This document shows, in pieces, positions 6,932 to 11,155 of a DNA stretch of 11,155 bases. The first letter of the stretch is position 1, and every line of letters begins with the position of its first letter. The stretch is from an uncultured Deinococcales bacterium (GTDB lineage: Bacteria; Deinococcota; Deinococci; Deinococcales; JAAFIG01): NCBI GenBank assembly GCA_964244895.1, contig CAXTKV010000035.1, positions 1 through 11,155 of the forward strand. The letters run 5' to 3'. The notes below the pieces were generated by a model. It ran no database searches. It saw only the letters and a list, made by a program, of their open reading frames with translations, and had not been told where the DNA came from. A program made the position numbers and the translations under genes.

Positions 6932-6987
6932 CAGGAACACCGTCCAGCACGATGTTCGTGTATTTACGTCCAGGACGGTGTTTCCTG
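6932..6987. repeat. Intergenic palindromic repeat family, copy F
   Basis: caggaacaccgtccagcacgatgttcgtgtatttacgtccaggacggtgtttcctg, between divergent hemW and the dehydrogenase gene. Confidence 0.9.
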
Positions 6988-7027
6988 GCGTGCGGCGCTG
7001 GAATGTTGGCGGTGGAATACTGGGCGC

Positions 7028-8098
7028 ATGGAAGACCTGACCATCCGCGCACCGCAACTTCAGGCCGCCGTTCAGATCATCGTGGAACGGGGCGGCAGCA
7101 GCCCGCTCGAGGCGGAGCGCGTGGCCTCGAACCTGATCGAGGCGAACCTGACCGGGCACGATTCGCACGGTGTGGGCATGATCCCGCGCTACGTGGCGGC
7201 GCTCCAGGATGGCGGCTTGCGGGTCAACCAGCACGTCAGCCTGGCGCTGGACGCGGGCGCGATGCTCCGACTGGACGGTCACGCGGGCTACGGCCAGGTG
7301 ATCGGCCTGGAAGCCATGCAGCTCGGCATCGAACGGGCGAGGGCGCAGGGCGTGTGCGCCCTCGGGATCGCGGGTTCGCACCACCTCGGGCGGATCGGGC
7401 ACTGGGCGGAACAGTGCGCGGCGCAGGGGCTGATCTCGATGCACTTCGTCAACGTCGTCTCGAGGCCGGTCGTGGCGCCGTGGGGCGGGCGCGATGCGCG
7501 GCTCGGCACCAACCCGGTCTGCGTCGGCATTCCCAGGGCGGATCGACCGCCGATCGTTCTGGATTTTGCCACCAGCCGGATCGCGCAGGGCAAGACCCGC
7601 GTGGCGCGCAACCGCGGCGAGGACGTGCCGCCGGGCGTGCTCATAGACGACCTCGGCGATCCGACCACCGATCCCAAATACGCCGTGGTTCCGCCGTTCG
7701 GCGCGATCCTGCCCTTCGGCGAGCACAAGGGCTACGGCCTGGCGTTGATCTGCGAGTTGCTCGGCGGCGCGCTGACCGGAGGCCAGACGCAGCACGGGCT
7801 GGACGGCGGGCAAAAGCGCATCCTGAACGGGATGTTCTCGGTGATCATTGACCCGAACGCGATGGGCACGGCGGCGCACCTGACGGCGGAAACGGAGGCC
7901 TTCGCCGCCTGGGTGCAGCAATCGCCGCCATCCGGGACGGAACCCGTGCAGTTGCCCGGCGATCCCGAACGCGCCCGTAAACGCGAGCGGCTCGAGCGGG
8001 GCATTGCGGTGGATGCGATCACCTGGGCGGAGATCCTTCAGGCTGCCGAATCGCTCGGCCTCGAGCCTGATGTGGTGTCTCGCGCAGCGGGTGCTTAA
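7028..8098 (+). CDS. Malate/L-lactate/ureidoglycolate dehydrogenase, Ldh_2 family (YbiC/HcxB-like)
   Basis: EANLTGHDSHGVGMIPRY, SHHLGRIGHWAE, GTNPVC, LDFATS, FGEHKGYGLA and LPGDPER are Ldh_2 family motifs; 356 aa. AATACT lies 6 nt before the ATG. Confidence 0.9.
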   Translation: MEDLTIRAPQLQAAVQIIVERGGSSPLEAERVASNLIEANLTGHDSHGVGMIPRYVAALQDGGLRVNQHVSLALDAGAMLRLDGHAGYGQVIGLEAMQLGIERARAQGVCALGIAGSHHLGRIGHWAEQCAAQGLISMHFVNVVSRPVVAPWGGRDARLGTNPVCVGIPRADRPPIVLDFATSRIAQGKTRVARNRGEDVPPGVLIDDLGDPTTDPKYAVVPPFGAILPFGEHKGYGLALICELLGGALTGGQTQHGLDGGQKRILNGMFSVIIDPNAMGTAAHLTAETEAFAAWVQQSPPSGTEPVQLPGDPERARKRERLERGIAVDAITWAEILQAAESLGLEPDVVSRAAGA

Positions 8099-8159
8099 GG
8101 CATTTCATTCTGCTCGAGTACGTGTGGGGATCAACCCTCGGGCTTCGGGAATTTTTCGT

Positions 8160-8181
8160 GAGAACACCGTTCCAGACGATG
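8160..8181. repeat. Intergenic palindromic repeat family, copy G (half copy)
   Basis: gagaacaccgttccagacgatg matches the left arm of copy A; no intact right arm. Confidence 0.75.
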
Positions 8182-8242
8182 CGCGCCGCCATGTGCGAAA
8201 TGAACGCGAGATCGGCTTCGGCGCGCCCTAAACTGCTCACAT

Positions 8243-8707
8243 ATGCGTCTTCTTCGCTCGTTGACAGTGCTGTCCATTTGCGCCCTGACCCTGCTCGCGT
8301 GCGCGCCCGCCGCCACCACGAACGCCCGTCCCGCTTCGGCGCTCGAACGGATCGCCATCAAGGGCAGCGACGCCTGGACGATGGTGGCCTCCAGGGCCGA
8401 CAAATCGGAGGATCGCAGCTTCAAAATTGAGCTTCTGGAAGACCCGCAGGTGACGCGCACCGGGATTTACATCGCCGAGGCGAGCGCGGGCAAGTTCGAC
8501 GCGCTGGTGTTCTTCTTCCCGAAGGACGACACCATCGCCGTGCGGGTCGATCTGGATCGCAACAAGGACCCGCAGGTGATCGTCTGCGTCTTCCCCCAAA
8601 CCGTCGCGAGCGGCGTGCAGTTCACGGGCAGCGCGTATTTCGGGTTGTTGAGCGGACTGGAAAACGCGAGCGGTTACGGTCGGTGCGCGCTCAACAAGAA
8701 CCAGTAG
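8243..8707 (+). CDS. Hypothetical lipoprotein
   Basis: MRLLRSLTVLSICALTLLA-C has a signal peptide II with lipobox LLAC; 154 aa; host-like GC3; TAAACT 8 nt upstream of the ATG. Confidence 0.8.
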   Translation: MRLLRSLTVLSICALTLLACAPAATTNARPASALERIAIKGSDAWTMVASRADKSEDRSFKIELLEDPQVTRTGIYIAEASAGKFDALVFFFPKDDTIAVRVDLDRNKDPQVIVCVFPQTVASGVQFTGSAYFGLLSGLENASGYGRCALNKNQ

Positions 8708-8741
8708 TCGCTCGACGCTTCAAAGGCGAGTTCTGTAGCTC

Positions 8742-8794
8742 GAGAACACCGTCTGGCGCGCATTCTCGGGATGATCGCGCCAGACGATCTTCTC
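8742..8794. repeat. Intergenic palindromic repeat family, copy H (reverse orientation)
   Basis: gagaacaccgtctggcgcg-cattctcgggatgat-cgcgccagacgatcttctc, 17/19 stem. The loop carries cattctcg, the reverse complement of the cgagaatg centre of copies C and D. Confidence 0.88.
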
Positions 8795-8837
8795 CGGGTC
8801 GGTCTCGAGCATCCACGGCTCGCGGAACCCCTCGCGG

Positions 8838-8843
8838 TATCCT
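8838..8843 (+). promoter_or_regulatory. -10 box of a probable leaderless promoter (purB)
   Basis: TATCCT-gagccc-GTG, 6-nt spacer, no clear SD sequence. Confidence 0.6.
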
Positions 8844-8849
8844 GAGCCC

Positions 8850-10154
8850 GTGATTGACCGTTATTCCACTCCTGAAATGCGCGCCCTCTGGAGCGAGGCC
8901 AACCGTTACCGCGTCTGGCTCGAGGTCGAACTGGCCGCCGTGGACGCCTGGGTCAGCCTGGGCGAGGTTCCAGCCGATGCCGCCGCCGACCTGCGCGAGC
9001 GTTCCGTGGCCGACCCCCTGGACGACGCCTTCGCGGAGCGCGTCGCGGAAATCGAGGCCGTCACGCGCCACGACATCGTGGCCTTCACGACCGCGCTGTC
9101 CGAGCGCTACGGCCAGAACGCGCGCTTCGTGCACAAGGGTTTGACCAGCACGGACGTGGTGGACACCGCGCAGAACATCGTGCTGCGCCGCGCGTTGGGG
9201 ATCGTGGCGGCGGACGCCGTGCGCCTGCGCGATGTCTGCCGCGATCAGGCGGTGCGCTACAAGCACACGCCCTGCATCGGGCGCACCCACGGCATTCACG
9301 CGGAACCCATGACCTTCGGCCTGAAATTCCTGAACTGGATGTCGGCCTTGAACCGTGACCTGGAACGATTGGATCGCTCCACGCGCGCGATTTCGGTGGT
9401 GATGCTCTCGGGCAGCGTCGGGACGTTCGCGCACGTCAGCCCGAAAATAGAGGGCATCGTGGCCGAAACGCTGTCCCTCGAGATCGATCCGGTCACGAAC
9501 CAGACCATCGCGCGGGATCGGCACGCGGAAGTGCTTTCGGCGCTGGCCATTCTGGGCACGAGCCTGGAAAAGATTTCCATCGAAATCCGCCACCTGCAGC
9601 GCTCAGAGGTGCGCGAGGCGATGGAGCCCTTCAGCCTCGGTCAGAAGGGCTCATCTTCGATGCCGCACAAGAAAAACCCGATCGGCACGGAGAACATCGC
9701 GGGCCTGGCGCGGATCTTGCGCGGCAACCTTCAGGCGGGCCTGGAGAACGTGGCGCTCTGGCACGAGCGCGACATCTCGCATTCCAGCGTGGAGCGCATC
9801 ATCTTGCCCGACAGCACGACCCTGGCCAGTTACGCCACGCGGCGTCTGGCGGGCATCCTGGAAAAACTGGTCGTGTTCCCGGAACGCATGATGACCAACC
9901 TGGACGGGCTGGGCGGACTGGTGTACTCGCAGCGCGTGCTGGGCTTGCTGCTCGATCACGGCCTGATGCGCGAGGCCGCCTACGAGATCGTGCAACGAAA
10001 CGCATTGCAGGCCTGGGAATCCAGTACATCCTTCCGAGATCTCTTGGAGCGCGACCCGGAAAACCCCTTGAAGGGCGCGAGCCTGGACGCAGCCTTCGAT
10101 CTGGGCTGGTACCTGCGCGAGGTGGACACGATCTACGCGCGGTTCGGGCTGTGA
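8850..10154 (+). CDS. purB: Adenylosuccinate lyase
   Basis: MIDRYSTPEM...TRHDIVAF...HKGLTSTD...GRTHGIHAEP...QKGSSSMPHKKNP (fumarate-lyase signature)...WHERDISHSSVER; GTG start; 434 aa. Confidence 0.97.
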   Translation: MIDRYSTPEMRALWSEANRYRVWLEVELAAVDAWVSLGEVPADAAADLRERSVADPLDDAFAERVAEIEAVTRHDIVAFTTALSERYGQNARFVHKGLTSTDVVDTAQNIVLRRALGIVAADAVRLRDVCRDQAVRYKHTPCIGRTHGIHAEPMTFGLKFLNWMSALNRDLERLDRSTRAISVVMLSGSVGTFAHVSPKIEGIVAETLSLEIDPVTNQTIARDRHAEVLSALAILGTSLEKISIEIRHLQRSEVREAMEPFSLGQKGSSSMPHKKNPIGTENIAGLARILRGNLQAGLENVALWHERDISHSSVERIILPDSTTLASYATRRLAGILEKLVVFPERMMTNLDGLGGLVYSQRVLGLLLDHGLMREAAYEIVQRNALQAWESSTSFRDLLERDPENPLKGASLDAAFDLGWYLREVDTIYARFGL

Positions 10155-10512
10155 GCCCGCAAGCCGTCGTGCAGCGCCAGCTCGAAGCGTACAACGCCCG
10201 CGACATCGACGCGCTGATGGAAACCTACGCCGACGACGTTCAGGTCTATGAGCATCCAGCCACGCTGTTGGCGAGCGGCGCGGCGCAACTCCGCGAGCGC
10301 CAGAGCGTGCGCTTGCAGGAACCCAACCTGCGCGCGCGCACCTGGTCAACCGCATCGTGACGGGCGACCTGGTGATCGATCACGAGATCGTGACCCGCAC
10401 CTTCCCTGAGGGTAGTGGACGGCTCGAGATGGTCGCCATGTACGAGGTGGACGCCGCAAAGATCGCTCGGGCGTGGTTCGTGTTCGGCGCCAAAACCCTC
10501 GATGCGGATTGA
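10151..10512 (+). pseudogene. SnoaL/NTF2-like protein gene, frameshifted in a (GC)5 tract
   Basis: The GTG start overlaps the purB stop (GTGA). VVQRQLEAYNARDIDALMETYADD...EPNL continues in another frame as HLVNRIVTGDLVIDHEIVTRTFPEGSGRLEMVAMYEVDAAKIARAWFVFG...TGA(10512). Removing 2 nt from gcgcgcgcgc (10330-10339) gives an intact 119-aa ORF. Confidence 0.85.
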
Positions 10513-10609
10513 AGCTCAATTTTCTCGGACTCGAGCAACCCGCGTCAGCCTCGGAATAGCTTAGGGATTCATTCGGTCAGGGAAATAGACGATGCAAAAA
10601 GGAGACACC

Positions 10610-11155
10610 GTGTCAATGAAAGCGTACCTGGACAATATTCAGGCCAAAACCGGCAAGACGGTCGCCGATTTTCGGGCGCTCGCCGCCGAAAAGGGTCTGG
10701 TCAAAAGTGGCGAGATCGTCGCGTGGTTGAAAGCGGATTTCGGTCTGGGGCACGGGCACGCGCAGGCCATCGCCGCGAACCTGGCGCACCCAAATTTTGG
10801 CAAGACCAGCCAGGAAGACCGCTTCAGCGCGCTCTTTGCGGGCAACAAAGCGCACTGGCGCGAGGCTTTCGACGCGTTGATCGCGCAATTGAAAGCGTTC
10901 GGGTCGGACGTGGACGTATCGGCCAACCAGACTTACGTCAACGTCAACCGGGGCAAGAAGAAATTCGCGATCCTGCAAGCGTCCAAAGACCGATTCGATA
11001 TCGGCATCAAACTCAAAGGATTTGTGGCGACCGAACGGCTCGAGATCGCCGGATCGTGGAACGCGATGGTCACGCACCGGGTGCGCATTAATGATGCCGC
11101 GCAAATGGATGCTGAAGTGCTGGCCTGGCTGCGGCGCGCCTACGACGCGGCCTGA
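10610..11155 (+). CDS. DUF4287 + DUF5655-like domain protein
   Basis: Likely start GTG at 10610 after SD AAGGAG (an in-frame ATG at 10592 is the alternative). N-terminus AYLDNIQAKTGK...WLKADFGLGHGHAQAI resembles DUF4287; C-terminus TYVNV...KKKFA...THRVRI...EVLAWLRRAYDAA resembles DUF5655. Assignment is from recalled family patterns. Confidence 0.8.
   Translation: MSMKAYLDNIQAKTGKTVADFRALAAEKGLVKSGEIVAWLKADFGLGHGHAQAIAANLAHPNFGKTSQEDRFSALFAGNKAHWREAFDALIAQLKAFGSDVDVSANQTYVNVNRGKKKFAILQASKDRFDIGIKLKGFVATERLEIAGSWNAMVTHRVRINDAAQMDAEVLAWLRRAYDAA

Noticed and set aside
6899..7921. N-terminal extension making HemW 719 aa, plus the overlapping 5589-7052 (-) and 6736-7851 (+) ORFs
   Set aside because: Antisense or alternative-frame shadows of the Ldh_2 gene and hemW; Arg/Gly/Pro-rich or motif-free.
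7028..8098. Ldh_2 dehydrogenase as part of rhamnose catabolism (L-lactate branch)
   Set aside because: It lies more than 4 kb from the rha operon, in a separate transcription unit, and the substrate cannot be inferred from sequence.
1505..8794. The repeat family interpreted as a CRISPR array or integron attC sites
   Set aside because: Copies are separated by whole genes, not 30-40 bp spacers, and no cas or integrase gene is present. The intervening genes are housekeeping genes in mixed orientation, and the ends lack the RYYYAAC/GTTRRRY attC boxes.
1505..8794. The repeats interpreted as ordinary rho-independent terminators
   Set aside because: They share primary sequence, lack consistent U-tracts, and occur between divergent genes (2900-2942, 6932-6987) where no terminator is needed.
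8691..10355. Minus-strand ORFs 8691-9593 and 9651-10355
   Set aside because: Antisense to the unambiguous purB gene.

Overview
GC-rich bacterial chromosomal window; the HemW/PurB/PxpA sequences and the leaderless-type promoters suggest Deinococcota (inference). Genes: the start of an L-rhamnose-type ABC importer operon on the - strand (RhaS-type binding protein; RhaT-type ATPase running off the left edge), pxpA (LamB/YcsF), a lower-GC hypothetical membrane protein, an MBL-fold hydrolase, hemW, an Ldh_2/YbiC(HcxB)-like dehydrogenase, a hypothetical lipoprotein, purB, a frameshifted SnoaL/NTF2-like gene and a DUF4287/DUF5655-like gene. The proteins are mostly ordinary, but the non-coding signal is not. 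(1) A ~50-55 bp nested-palindrome repeat family (GAGAACACCGTCC-N-GGACG...GGACGGTGTTCTC) occurs 8 times (6 full, 2 half copies), in every intergenic space longer than ~100 bp. (2) CTCGAG occurs at least 35 times, roughly 9x the naive expectation, in HIP1-like fashion, including in frames that need rare codons. (3) Three other unrelated structured elements are present: a GTAG-type REP, a double hairpin and an inverted heptamer array. (4) Six genes have a -10-like hexamer 6-8 nt before the start codon. No transposase, CRISPR array, tRNA or rRNA was seen.
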